A DNA stretch of 40,871 bases, taken from IMG/VR virus record IMGVR_UViG_3300048892_000050, positions 1-40,871 of that record; one strand, written 5' to 3'. This document shows positions 16,554 to 26,123 of this stretch, piece by piece. A model generated the notes under the pieces. That model made no database searches. It saw only the letters and a list, made by a program, of their open reading frames with translations, and had not been told where the DNA came from. The translations under genes were made by a program, and so were the position numbers. Numbering within the stretch: position 1 is the stretch's first letter; each line of letters opens with the position of its first letter. The DNA is from a virus. Lineage: Duplodnaviria; Caudoviricetes.

Positions 16554-18898
16554 AGAGGCTGCCTCTTCCGTTCGTCGATGGTTCGTACAGTGACGACACG
16601 AAGCCGTTCAGCGCCCAAGACTGCGTCAATTATCTGCCTCGCCAAGCCGAGCAAGCCGGCACGCGCTCCGAATGGATGCTTGCTGACTGTCCGGGGCTTC
16701 GGGAGTTTTCCATTGTCGGCGACGGTCCCCACCGGGGTGGCATTGTCGTGGGCGGTATCTGTCTCGTCGTTTCCGGCGACCGGCTGTATCAGGTCTTTGC
16801 CAATCGCCAATCGACGGACCTTGGCGCGATTCCCGGTAGTGGACTGGTGTCGATGACCTTCGTGCAGATCACGAACGGGTATGAGGTGGGCATTGCCACG
16901 GGGAGCGCCGGTTACGTCTACAAAACAACCACGGGCGTTCTAACGCAGATCACGGATGCGAGCTTTCCCGGCGCGCTACTGTTCGATTACCTCAACCATC
17001 TGGGCCTGTACGTTTACCCCAACCGCAAGAAGTGGGGAAACTCGGCCATTGACGACCTGACCAGCTATGACGCGCTGGAAACCTACACAGGCGAAGCGTC
17101 CCCGGACCTGATCGTTAGCCTGAAAGTCGTGCACGGCGAAGTGGCGCTGTTTAGCGAGACGACGACCGACTTTTTCGCCAATACCGGCGTGGTCAATGCG
17201 CTGTTCCAGAACAAGAAAATCCCGATGGAGCGCGGCTGCGCGGCAGTTCACGGCCCGGTGAACCTCGATAATACGGTTTTCTGGCCCGGCAATGACGGCA
17301 TCGGCTACCGGCTGGATAGCTACTCCCCGATGCGTAAATCCACCTACTGCATCGAGCAGGATTGGGCCGTTTCGGACCTGTCGAAAGCCTTTTCCATGAC
17401 CTGGGAGGATCGCGGGCACAAGGTCTGGTACATCACCTGCCCCAACGGTCACACCTGGGGTTTTGATGTCGCGACCAGCAAATGGCATCGGCGCGAAAGC
17501 TACGGTCTGAAACGCTGGCGGCTAAACACCTTGTTCAAGTGGAACAACGCATGGTACGGCGGCGATTTCCAGTCGGGCATGCTGTACGTGCTGGATTGGG
17601 ATTACATGTGGGAAGGCCAAGACCCACATGTACGCTATCGCACTGGCGGCGTGCTACATGCCAACCAGAACATCACTAGTGTCAATTCGCTGGAATTCGT
17701 CGTGGACACGGGCGGACCCATCATGGATTCGATCCATGTGGTGTCCGTATCGCCGGCCATGCCAGATTACGACATCAACACGGTTGTCTCGCACCAATAC
17801 ATCGCCTCCGGGGCGCTGGGTGTCGCGGTCTTTTCGATTGTGCCGCCGACGATCATGGACGGGTTCCACCAACTGCCTTCGGGTCTGTCGATGAATGCCA
17901 ACGGACTGGTGACCGGAACCACCGATACGGCGGGCACCTATATTTTCACCGTGAAGGCGACCGACAGTACGGGAACCTCCGGTTATCTGGATGAGGAGGT
18001 TGTGATTGCTCCGGCGCATACCTTCTACACCACCGATGGCGGCTCGATCTTCGTTGCCGTAGACACGCTTACCCAGACCGTTACCTACACGTCCGGGTCG
18101 GTCTTGCCTTCCAGTTCGACCTTTGCGTTGTGCATGAACTCGACGGGATCGGTTGTCTTTGGTGCGGGAGTAGGCGGGAAAATGGTTCGCATCGACGCGA
18201 CCGACTACAGTTTCATCAGCGCATCGGTGGGCAACAACAATCAGTCCGTCTGTTGCAATGCCAGTGGCTCATTTGCCTATACCGCCGATACCACGTCTGG
18301 CGACGTATTCAAGCGTAATGGCGTGACCTTGGCGGCGGTGGCCGTGGCCGTGGCAGGCATCGGCACGCCTCGCGCTATCTGCCTCAGTCGCGACGGCTCG
18401 GTGCTGTATGCCGTGGGGTCGGCAGGCGCGATCAAGCGCTTCCAGACCTCGGACATGTCGGCCTTGTCCGACTTTGCGCCCGCTGGGCAGTTCGGTATCT
18501 GCATCAACCATGCCGGCACGAAGCTGTATGCGTCCAGCTCGGGCGCAGATGAGATCAATGTGGTCAATGCGACGTCTGGCTCGCTGATTACGGCGATCAC
18601 GCTGGCCCCGCTCGCGTCGCCACGGGGTATCTGCGTCAGTGCCGACGATTCGACGGTCTGGGTCGCCAACAACGGCACGGGCACGGTCAACCGGATTCAA
18701 ACCAGCGATAACACGATTGTCGCGACGATTGCCTGTCCGGATGCCGATCAGGTCTCGCTGTCGTCGGATGGATTGCACCTGTACGTGAACAACTCGACGG
18801 CCGCGATCCAGGTTATCAGCACGGTGACAAACACGCTCACGGGGAACATTCCGTGCGGGATTGGTGGGTTAATGGGCCTGACGGCCACGGCGGCATGA
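16550..18898 (+). CDS. Tail hub protein (P22 gp10-like N-terminal ~390 aa) fused to an Ig-like domain and a YVTN-like beta-propeller
   Basis: QDCVNYLP, EASPDLIV, ERGCAA, HTWGFDVATSKWHRR, LEFVVDTG; then LPSGLSMNANGLVTGT...YIFTVKATDS and repeats of PRAICLSRDG / PRGICVSADD. Confidence 0.85.
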   Translation: MKRLPLPFVDGSYSDDTKPFSAQDCVNYLPRQAEQAGTRSEWMLADCPGLREFSIVGDGPHRGGIVVGGICLVVSGDRLYQVFANRQSTDLGAIPGSGLVSMTFVQITNGYEVGIATGSAGYVYKTTTGVLTQITDASFPGALLFDYLNHLGLYVYPNRKKWGNSAIDDLTSYDALETYTGEASPDLIVSLKVVHGEVALFSETTTDFFANTGVVNALFQNKKIPMERGCAAVHGPVNLDNTVFWPGNDGIGYRLDSYSPMRKSTYCIEQDWAVSDLSKAFSMTWEDRGHKVWYITCPNGHTWGFDVATSKWHRRESYGLKRWRLNTLFKWNNAWYGGDFQSGMLYVLDWDYMWEGQDPHVRYRTGGVLHANQNITSVNSLEFVVDTGGPIMDSIHVVSVSPAMPDYDINTVVSHQYIASGALGVAVFSIVPPTIMDGFHQLPSGLSMNANGLVTGTTDTAGTYIFTVKATDSTGTSGYLDEEVVIAPAHTFYTTDGGSIFVAVDTLTQTVTYTSGSVLPSSSTFALCMNSTGSVVFGAGVGGKMVRIDATDYSFISASVGNNNQSVCCNASGSFAYTADTTSGDVFKRNGVTLAAVAVAVAGIGTPRAICLSRDGSVLYAVGSAGAIKRFQTSDMSALSDFAPAGQFGICINHAGTKLYASSSGADEINVVNATSGSLITAITLAPLASPRGICVSADDSTVWVANNGTGTVNRIQTSDNTIVATIACPDADQVSLSSDGLHLYVNNSTAAIQVISTVTNTLTGNIPCGIGGLMGLTATAA

Positions 18899-18899
18899 C

Positions 18900-19118
18900 A
18901 TGACAGACCATGTAGCAAATATCTTCTTGTCCATCGATGGCGGTCACACCTTTGGCGCCATGACCACGCACGACCTTGGGAACACAGGCAGTTTCGTCAA
19001 GGAAGTGAAGCGGACGCGCATGGGTCAGTCCAAACAATTTGTGTTCAAGTTCAGCGTGTCGTCCCCTGTGAAGTGCCCGATCCTGGCGACCGCGATTCAG
19101 GCCGAAGTGACGGAATAA
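18900..19118 (+). CDS. Separately encoded C-terminal segment of the gp10-like hub protein
   Basis: LSIDGGHTF...LGNTG...RMG...FVFKFSVSSPV matches the pattern of the gp10-family C-terminus. Confidence 0.75.
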   Translation: MTDHVANIFLSIDGGHTFGAMTTHDLGNTGSFVKEVKRTRMGQSKQFVFKFSVSSPVKCPILATAIQAEVTE

Positions 19119-19621
19119 TGTTTATAGAATGCTCCATTAGTCGGCTGCACGACGTTTTTCGCTTGGATAGTGACGGGCGGTTATTCTGGAAAAAACGAAC
19201 TGGGCCTTGTTGCAGCCTAGAAAAAGAGGCCGGAAGAATAAACAACGGAGAATATCGCCAGATTCAGCTTGATCGGAAGTTGTATCAAGCACATCGAATT
19301 GTGTTCGCCATGACTTACGGAAGATGGCCTGTTTTGGGGCTAGACCACATCAACAGAAACAAAACAGATAACCGACCGGGCAACCTAAGGGAGGCGACAG
19401 GCTCGCAAAATCTACAAAACCAAGGAATAACTAGCAGGAATGCTAGCGGGATAAAAGGAGTTTGCTGGGCGACAAAACAAAAACGATGGATGGCTTACAT
19501 TCGTATCAATAAAAAGATTAAACACCTTGGCCTTTATTTGCATGATGAATTAGAGCTTGCTGAGCTTGTTGTGGCAGAAGCGCGCCGCAAGTATCACGGC
19601 GAATTTGCGAGGCTGGCATGA
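19118..19621 (+). CDS. HNH endonuclease with AP2-like C-terminal domain (homing-endonuclease type)
   Basis: AHRIVF, DHINRNKTDNRPGNLR, SGIKGVCW, WMAYI, HLG, YHGEFA; visibly A-rich relative to flanks. Confidence 0.9.
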   Translation: MFIECSISRLHDVFRLDSDGRLFWKKRTGPCCSLEKEAGRINNGEYRQIQLDRKLYQAHRIVFAMTYGRWPVLGLDHINRNKTDNRPGNLREATGSQNLQNQGITSRNASGIKGVCWATKQKRWMAYIRINKKIKHLGLYLHDELELAELVVAEARRKYHGEFARLA

Positions 19622-20142
19622 AATACGCCGTCATCACCCTGCCGAGAAGTCGTAGTACCTGGCTCGCCGAATTCCTCGGAGCCGAGCATGAGGCGTTGTC
19701 CCGCATCGGCTCACTGGACGAACTGACCGCCGAGGGGATTGTGGATACCGGCAGCGCCGTGTTCTTCGATGGCCTCTGGCATCGCTGGCCGAATGCCAAA
19801 TACCTGTTCGTTTTCCGGGATGTCCGGGATATCGCCCGGTCCTGCGCCAAAGCGGGGATGCCTGCCAACGGCCTCGATTCCCTCCGGGCACGTCAGGAAG
19901 CGGCCTACGCGAGCGTGGCGGGAGCCGATAACGTCCGGGTGGTGCACTTCCACCAGCTAGACGATATGGACGTGCTGGCGGGGCTGTGGAGCTTCCTGCG
20001 TGGGTCCAAGTTTGACGAGGCCCGGACAAGGCATATGATGGGCCGCAACGTACAATGCGACCCAAAAGCGGTACTCGCCGGCATGGATGCCGAGCGAACG
20101 GTCCAATTAGCAAAGGAGTGCGGCAATGTCGCTATGGGGTAG
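19618..20142 (+). CDS. Sulfotransferase-fold (P-loop) protein
   Basis: 5'-PSB-like VITLPRSRSTWL, HE, 3'-PB-like YLFVFRDVRDIARS. Confidence 0.65.
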   Translation: MKYAVITLPRSRSTWLAEFLGAEHEALSRIGSLDELTAEGIVDTGSAVFFDGLWHRWPNAKYLFVFRDVRDIARSCAKAGMPANGLDSLRARQEAAYASVAGADNVRVVHFHQLDDMDVLAGLWSFLRGSKFDEARTRHMMGRNVQCDPKAVLAGMDAERTVQLAKECGNVAMG

Positions 20143-20863
20143 CATCATCGGCGCGGCTGTTGACCTCTACAGCAATAGCCAGAATCAGCAAGGCTCGCAG
20201 AACGCTGCGCACAACTCGCAGCAGGGTCTGGACTTCCTGAAATCCGTCTACGGGGACGCCAAGGGCTATCAAGCGCCCTATCTCGGCCTCGGAACCACGG
20301 GCGCAAACGGCCTGCAAAAGCTGGCAGCGGGCGATTACTCCGGGTTCTACAACTCCCCCGATTACCAATCGGCGCGGGATGCGATGACCTATGCCGCTGA
20401 CCACTCGGCTGCCGCGAACAACAATTTGAACTCGGGCGGTTATCTGGCGGACCTCTCACACGCGCAAGGCAATCTCGCGAACAGCTACCTCGGCGGCTAT
20501 CGCGGCTCACTGATGAACTTGGCCCAGATGGGCCAGAACTCGGCGACGGCGCTGGGCAATCTGGGGGCGGGTGTCGGCAGCAACTTGCTGCAAGGCTACG
20601 GCCAACTGAGCGCAGCCCAGCAGCAGGGCTACGACTCCAACGGTCAACTCGCTGCGTCCCTCGGCGGCCTGTTCAACAACTATATGCAGGGTCGCAATCA
20701 ACCGTTGACCGACTCCAGCTATGGCAGCATGCCCAGCGACAACTATGGCTTTGGTGGCACGCCCAGCTCGTCGGGTGGTGGCGATAACTATGGCTTCGGC
20801 AGCACGTCACCCTACGGCGGCTATCAAGACCCGAACTACGGCTTCGGTGGCGGAGGCTGGTAA
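20126..20863 (+). CDS. DNA ejection protein (P22 gp7-like) with Gly/Tyr-rich tail
   Basis: N-terminal WGSIIGAAV, APYLGLG, SPDYQ; G/A/N/Q-rich; AAGGAG RBS; synteny. Confidence 0.75.
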   Translation: MSLWGSIIGAAVDLYSNSQNQQGSQNAAHNSQQGLDFLKSVYGDAKGYQAPYLGLGTTGANGLQKLAAGDYSGFYNSPDYQSARDAMTYAADHSAAANNNLNSGGYLADLSHAQGNLANSYLGGYRGSLMNLAQMGQNSATALGNLGAGVGSNLLQGYGQLSAAQQQGYDSNGQLAASLGGLFNNYMQGRNQPLTDSSYGSMPSDNYGFGGTPSSSGGGDNYGFGSTSPYGGYQDPNYGFGGGGW

Positions 20864-22452
20864 TGAATAACCTGCTCGAACTGACCAAATTCGTATCCGA
20901 TCAAGGCGAGCTTGGCCGCCAGCGCGGGCAACAAAATAACCTTGCCACACTGACCGCGCGGGCCGCCCAGGGCCAGATGCCGGATTACCAGCAGATTGCC
21001 CAGAACGGCGGCGATCCGATGGCATTCAAAAAGCAAGCCATCGAATCACTGGGCCAAGCGGCGCAGTGGTTTTCGCAGTTGCCTCCCGACCAGCAGGCGC
21101 AGCAGTACCCGTCGCTGGCCCAGCACGCGACGGAGCTGGGCTTTCCCGTACCGCAACAATTCGATCCGGCGTTCGTACCGAAGATTGCCAATCTAGGAAC
21201 GTTGATTGCCAACAAGACCGGCTCCGCAGGCCAAGTTCAATCGACCAAAGTTGGCGCGAACGGAAATTACTGGACCGTTAACCGTTCGGGCCAGTGGACT
21301 GATTCCGGTGTAAAGGCCGATCCGAAATTCCAGGCGCTGCAAACCGCCAATGGCTATGACTTGCTCGATCCGACACTGGGAACGACAACGCCACTTTATG
21401 AGGGCGGACAGCCTCCTGCGGGCCAACCGGCTCCACAGGCAGCGGCCCCGAATCCCATGACGCAGGGACCAACCCTCGACATGACGGTTTCGGATTCAGG
21501 CCAGCCCGATCCGACGATTGCCGCCCTTCCGCCGCAGGAGCAGGCGATTGCCCAACGATTCATCGCTGCTGGTCAGCCGTTCAATGTTCAGAACGGACTA
21601 GTTGTTCCGGGATACTCCAAAGGCGTATCTGCGCAGCCTACAGGCCAGCGCGTCCTGCCTCCGCCGAAGGCATCGAGCGACAACGCGCCCTCCGGTTATC
21701 GCTGGAGCGCCGACCACACGCGGCAGGAAGTGGTTCCGGGCGGTCCCGCCGATATTCCAGCGTCGTCCAACGACCAGCAGACGATTGACTTCTACGCACA
21801 GCAGTCGCTATCGGGAAATTACGCATGGCAAACCGGCCTTGCGCGTGGTCGCGAAGGTCAGGCGCTTATCAAGGCCGTGAAGGACCGCATCCCGAAACTG
21901 GCCGCAGAAAATGGCTATGACGCCAACGACGCCAACGTTATCAAGGCTCAATACGCTGCCTTGTCGGCCACGTTGAAGAATCGTCAGGAATACGTGACCT
22001 CCGTCGAACAATTGAACGGTACGCTGAATAAGCAGGCTGCTTTAGTCGAATCGCTCATTTCCAAGGGCGCGGCCAATGGCAAGTCGCCCATTCTCAACGC
22101 CTGGATTCAGGCAGGACGCCACGCCACCGGCAATTCCGATGTTGACGCGCTGGATACTGCTATCCGCGGCTTAGCGCGTGAGCATCAGCGCGTGCTGACG
22201 TCTCCGCTGTCGAATGCCCAGCTTTCTGTGGCTGCGCAGCAGACGGCCGATGATCTATTGAGCAAGAATCAGACGCCGGAACAGCTTCTGGCGGTTATCA
22301 ATGTCATGCGAACGGAAGCCAAGAATGGGCTATCTCAGGGCAAAACGACCTTGCAGGAAACGCAGGATGAAATTCGCGGGTTAGGCAAGAAGCAAGCCCC
22401 TGCCGCTCTGCAAGGCGGCCAAGACTTCAGCCATCTATGGGGAGGCCAGTAA
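20863..22452 (+). CDS. DNA ejection protein (gp20-position)
   Basis: 529 aa, Q/P/A-rich, TAATG-coupled, second of three ejection-type genes. Confidence 0.7.
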   Translation: MNNLLELTKFVSDQGELGRQRGQQNNLATLTARAAQGQMPDYQQIAQNGGDPMAFKKQAIESLGQAAQWFSQLPPDQQAQQYPSLAQHATELGFPVPQQFDPAFVPKIANLGTLIANKTGSAGQVQSTKVGANGNYWTVNRSGQWTDSGVKADPKFQALQTANGYDLLDPTLGTTTPLYEGGQPPAGQPAPQAAAPNPMTQGPTLDMTVSDSGQPDPTIAALPPQEQAIAQRFIAAGQPFNVQNGLVVPGYSKGVSAQPTGQRVLPPPKASSDNAPSGYRWSADHTRQEVVPGGPADIPASSNDQQTIDFYAQQSLSGNYAWQTGLARGREGQALIKAVKDRIPKLAAENGYDANDANVIKAQYAALSATLKNRQEYVTSVEQLNGTLNKQAALVESLISKGAANGKSPILNAWIQAGRHATGNSDVDALDTAIRGLAREHQRVLTSPLSNAQLSVAAQQTADDLLSKNQTPEQLLAVINVMRTEAKNGLSQGKTTLQETQDEIRGLGKKQAPAALQGGQDFSHLWGGQ

Positions 22453-24230
22453 TGGCTACGCCTTGGGCGCAAGTTGCCAATTCCCCGCAGTATAAAGCGT
22501 TGCCTCCGGACCAGCAGGAGGCCGCGCGTCAGCAGTATTTTGCCCAAGTGGTCGCGCCGCAGGTGCCGCCCGATCAGCAGCAGGCCGCTAAGGCCCAATT
22601 CGACGCGCAGACTAGCGCGCGAGCACCGCGCGCTACCGACGCACAGGCTGGTGTGGGGCAATGGGTAGATTCCAAGGGCCAACCGCAGACTGGCGCAGAC
22701 CCCACGGGCACCTTTTCCGAAAACTTCGATGCTGGCGTGGGCAAGTCGTTTGTAGACACCGGACGAGGCTTGCAGCAGCTTTATGCGGCCGCAGCGGACT
22801 ACGTGGCCCCGCGTCAGCAAGGTATCGGTAATCTTGTCTCCGGCCAGGACAACAGTCGCAGCGCAGACGTGCAGCGCCAGATTGACGAGCAAGCGAACGT
22901 CGATTACCCGCTGATGATGACTGCTGGCGGCAATGTCGGCGACGTGTCTGGTCAGGTCGCGCAGCTTGCCATTCCGGTTGGCGATTCGGTCAAGGGTTTG
23001 TCATGGGCCGGTAAAGCGGCTCCGTATCTGGCGACTGCCGCAAAAATGGGCACGTATGCCAGCTTGCAACCGACCCAGACTGGCGACTCCCGCGCTGTGA
23101 ATACAGCGGTCGGAACCGTTCTCGGGCCTGCTGGCGAAGGCTTATCGCGGGCGGCTGGGAAGTTGGCGCAGGGCGCAATTTCACGCATGGAGCCGGGAGC
23201 GCGTCAGCTCGCGCAAAAGGCGATACAGGCAGGCATCCCGCTTAGGCTGCCGCAACTTTCATCGAACCCAGCGGTTAGGACTGTTCTGAGCCAAATGCAG
23301 AGGCTGCCATTTAGTGGCGCGGCCAAGCGTAATGCTGCCCAGCAAGAAGCCTTTAATAGGGCGGTGGGCCAGACCTTTGGCGCTAGCGAAAACAAGATTA
23401 CCCCGGCCGTTTTTTCCGATGCAAAGACCGCTATCAGCAATGAATTCGAGCGACTGACCAGCCAAAATGATTTGCATGCAACACCTCAACTCTTGCAGCA
23501 GCTTCAGGCGGTCCGAGCGACGGCCGCAAAAGAGGGTAGTTCAGACGCAGAGAAGATGGTCGCTGCTCAGGTGGATAACCTGTTAAGCAAGACGACCGCT
23601 GGCGGCGTGATAGACGGCAAGGCGTATCAGGCGTTCGATAGCGAACTAGGCCAACTCATTAAGCAAGGCGGCAACCCGGGCCACCATTTGGCGAAGTTGC
23701 GGGACGTTGTTCGTAACGCCATGGATCAGTCTATCTCGGCCAAGGATAAGACTGCATGGACGGCTGCCCGCAGGACATGGGCCGCCATGAAAACGGTAGA
23801 GCCGCTTGTCGCAAAATCGACAACGGGCGATATTTCCCCGGCTGGATTAATGGGCCGCGTGACTGCCGACAAGTCAGGCAAAGCACGAATGGCTATTGGC
23901 AATGGCGGCCAACTCGGAGATTTAGCACGTATCGGTCAGCGCTTTTTGAAAGAGTCTCCCAACAGCGGAACGGCTGACCGTCTGTTAGTCAACGCTGGCA
24001 TCACTGGCGGACTGTATGGCGCGCAACACGAAGGCTATATTTCACCAACACATGCCGCCGAACTTGGCGCTTTGTTGCTAGCCAATCGTGGCGGATTAGC
24101 CGCGTTAAATTCGCGGGCCTTAGCGGAAGGCGGATCACGTACCTTGAATGGACTAGCGCGATTGTCAAAGCCGCTTCCACAGCTACTGCCTACTACTGTC
24201 CGCGTGTTGTCCAAAAAGAAGGGAGGCTAA
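22452..24230 (+). CDS. DNA ejection protein (gp16-position)
   Basis: N-terminal PWAQV..SPQYKALPPDQQEAARQQYF; Ala/Gly-rich helical body; PNSGTADR near the C-terminus. Confidence 0.75.
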   Translation: MATPWAQVANSPQYKALPPDQQEAARQQYFAQVVAPQVPPDQQQAAKAQFDAQTSARAPRATDAQAGVGQWVDSKGQPQTGADPTGTFSENFDAGVGKSFVDTGRGLQQLYAAAADYVAPRQQGIGNLVSGQDNSRSADVQRQIDEQANVDYPLMMTAGGNVGDVSGQVAQLAIPVGDSVKGLSWAGKAAPYLATAAKMGTYASLQPTQTGDSRAVNTAVGTVLGPAGEGLSRAAGKLAQGAISRMEPGARQLAQKAIQAGIPLRLPQLSSNPAVRTVLSQMQRLPFSGAAKRNAAQQEAFNRAVGQTFGASENKITPAVFSDAKTAISNEFERLTSQNDLHATPQLLQQLQAVRATAAKEGSSDAEKMVAAQVDNLLSKTTAGGVIDGKAYQAFDSELGQLIKQGGNPGHHLAKLRDVVRNAMDQSISAKDKTAWTAARRTWAAMKTVEPLVAKSTTGDISPAGLMGRVTADKSGKARMAIGNGGQLGDLARIGQRFLKESPNSGTADRLLVNAGITGGLYGAQHEGYISPTHAAELGALLLANRGGLAALNSRALAEGGSRTLNGLARLSKPLPQLLPTTVRVLSKKKGG

Positions 24231-24382
24231 ACCTTTTTCAGTAAGATTCGACGCAGGCGGCCCTCCGGTAAATGTACCCAAAGCCAATCGTGAACCTTGC
24301 GGCCGGGAAGCGTAAAGAGCCAGCGATAAAGCGGGACCAGTAACGGAGCTAAGACAATCGCGACAACGGTTTGAATTTGCAT
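24227..24382 (-). CDS. Small antisense-oriented membrane protein (51 aa), moron / superinfection-exclusion-like
   Basis: Fills the gap between two + strand genes; RBS GAGGGTG; N-terminal TM and basic C-terminus. Confidence 0.65.
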   Translation of the reverse strand: MQIQTVVAIVLAPLLVPLYRWLFTLPGRKVHDWLWVHLPEGRLRRILLKKV

Positions 24383-24408
24383 AACACCCTCTTCACGGAT
24401 GAAGAACA

Positions 24409-25233
24409 ATGAGCTTCCTTTTCTACGACAGTCGGCCCCAGTACCGCAAGGCGGACGGCACATTATGTGCTAATGGCTCGCTGGTTTTCACCCTGACCAA
24501 CACCAGCACGCCGACGTCGGTCTACGCCGATGCGGACATGGGGACGGACCTGGGAAGCACGATCACTCTCGATTCGGATGCCCGCTCGCCGACTCCGTTG
24601 TGGGGCGACAGCGCGATCAGCTATCGGGTGGAGCTGAAAGATTCTCTCGGCGCGACCATCGCAGGCTATCCGGTCGATGACGTGGCCGGCTCTGACTTCG
24701 GCGGCATTTCCCTGCCCGACCCGACCTCCGGTGACCCCGGCGACGTAGTAAGCACCGATGGCAGCGTGTACGAGTTGCGCGCCATCCGCGAAGTCCCGGA
24801 CGGCACGGGGCATGACAACGGCTATCTGACGACCGTCGATAATGTCTCTAGTTGGGCGACGTTCCCCGATATTCCCGATCCAGTAATCCCAGACGGTGGC
24901 GTGACGGTAAATAATACGACGACCGTCTTGACCGTTGGAACATGGGTGGAGCAGTCGGGCAGCGGTACGATTTCGGCCTCTGGCGGCATTTCCTCCTCGG
25001 AGGCTATCGTATTCGCCAGCAACGGCGGCATTGCGATGGATAGCTGCGAGCACGTCAGCGTGACGCCGACGAACGTTTTGGGCGTGGCCTTCAGTGTGCC
25101 GCTGACCGTTACTGCCATGTCCGGTACGGGCTTTACCGTCCTGGGCTCCACCAACAACACGAACGGGGCCATTTTCTCGGGCACCCTCGGGTTCACCTAT
25201 CTCGCCAAGGGCACGTTGGCAATTACTCCTTAA
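24409..25233 (+). CDS. Tail spike/fibre protein with virion-anchoring N-terminal domain
   Basis: N-terminus (TSTPTSVYAD...ITLDSDAR...YRVELKD) typical of podovirus spike anchors; beta-rich C-terminus. Confidence 0.7.
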   Translation: MSFLFYDSRPQYRKADGTLCANGSLVFTLTNTSTPTSVYADADMGTDLGSTITLDSDARSPTPLWGDSAISYRVELKDSLGATIAGYPVDDVAGSDFGGISLPDPTSGDPGDVVSTDGSVYELRAIREVPDGTGHDNGYLTTVDNVSSWATFPDIPDPVIPDGGVTVNNTTTVLTVGTWVEQSGSGTISASGGISSSEAIVFASNGGIAMDSCEHVSVTPTNVLGVAFSVPLTVTAMSGTGFTVLGSTNNTNGAIFSGTLGFTYLAKGTLAITP

Positions 25234-25242
25234 GGATTCGTC

Positions 25243-25605
25243 ATGGCAGGACTCAAGCTCACCAATTCCGGACCGATTGCCGTTACCGCGTCCATTGCGA
25301 ACCTGCTCAACCCGCCCACCGCTTCGGGTGGTGTGAACTGCGGCAGTTCCGCGCAATACGTGGTCGTCCGACAGGTCAATATCGTGAACACGGGCGCAGC
25401 GACGACGTTTTCATTTTTCAAGGGAGCGACCGGAGGCAGTGCAGCGGGCACGGAAATATGGGGCAGCCTGACCCCGATTGCGGCCAATGCCTTCGTGTCT
25501 TTCCCGGCCGCTGAGCGCGTGGATTCCACCCAGTTCATCACCGGCAAAGCCGGAGCCGCCACCCTGACCGTGGATTTCGCCATGGAAATAGGTGTCGCTG
25601 GCTAA
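25243..25605 (+). CDS. Small beta-rich tail/fibre-associated protein
   Basis: AAGGA RBS; VVVRQVNIVNT pattern; T/A/G-rich. Confidence 0.65.
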   Translation: MAGLKLTNSGPIAVTASIANLLNPPTASGGVNCGSSAQYVVVRQVNIVNTGAATTFSFFKGATGGSAAGTEIWGSLTPIAANAFVSFPAAERVDSTQFITGKAGAATLTVDFAMEIGVAG

Positions 25606-26123
25606 TGACGACGCAGTACTTCCCCACGGCAAACACGAAACTCATTGACCAAAATCAATGGGCATCTATCCCGTGGCGGAAGTGGTTTGAGGCGTTGAAT
25701 GCGGCGTTAGAGGCTGGGGTTATCAGCGACGCTAAACTCACCGAATACGTGACGAAAATCCTTGTTTCACTGGGGACTACGGACGGCACGGCGGACACCA
25801 TCATTAGCGTGATCGACACGCAGATTCAGGGGCTTTATCCGGTCATCGTGACTGGCGACATGCGCGATGGTTTTCTGGTGAAATTGCCAGACGGCTTTGG
25901 CGCGCAACCGACGATTTCCCCCTGGATTCCGTTTGACGCCGATACCGGAGAAAGCTGGCCGAACAACTATCCCGGAAGCAATGGCCGCGATGGCCGCGAT
26001 GGCGTATCGATGCTCATGCTTTCCAGCGACTACGATCCGGGTGAAGCGTGGCCTGCCGGCGCTCCCGCCAGCGCCGGCATCACCGAAGCCATGGTCATGG
26101 CCCATGTGGCGGGGTCGGTATGA
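25605..26123 (+). CDS. Tail-associated protein with short collagen-like segment
   Basis: KLIDQNQWASIPWRKWFEAL N-terminus; GSNGRDGRDG; repeated DxDxGExWP. Confidence 0.6.
   Translation: MTTQYFPTANTKLIDQNQWASIPWRKWFEALNAALEAGVISDAKLTEYVTKILVSLGTTDGTADTIISVIDTQIQGLYPVIVTGDMRDGFLVKLPDGFGAQPTISPWIPFDADTGESWPNNYPGSNGRDGRDGVSMLMLSSDYDPGEAWPAGAPASAGITEAMVMAHVAGSV

Noticed and set aside
18890-18905. Programmed +1 frameshift or readthrough joining the two gp10 parts
   Set aside because: Context is GCA-TGA-C, not the CTT-TGA-C RF2-type site; no slippery run; the downstream ORF has its own ATG
20730-20855. ACTA(T/C)GGCTT(T/C)GG repeats as a CRISPR or DNA-level repeat array
   Set aside because: Three short in-frame copies with synonymous variation encoding NYGFG; no cas genes or regular spacers
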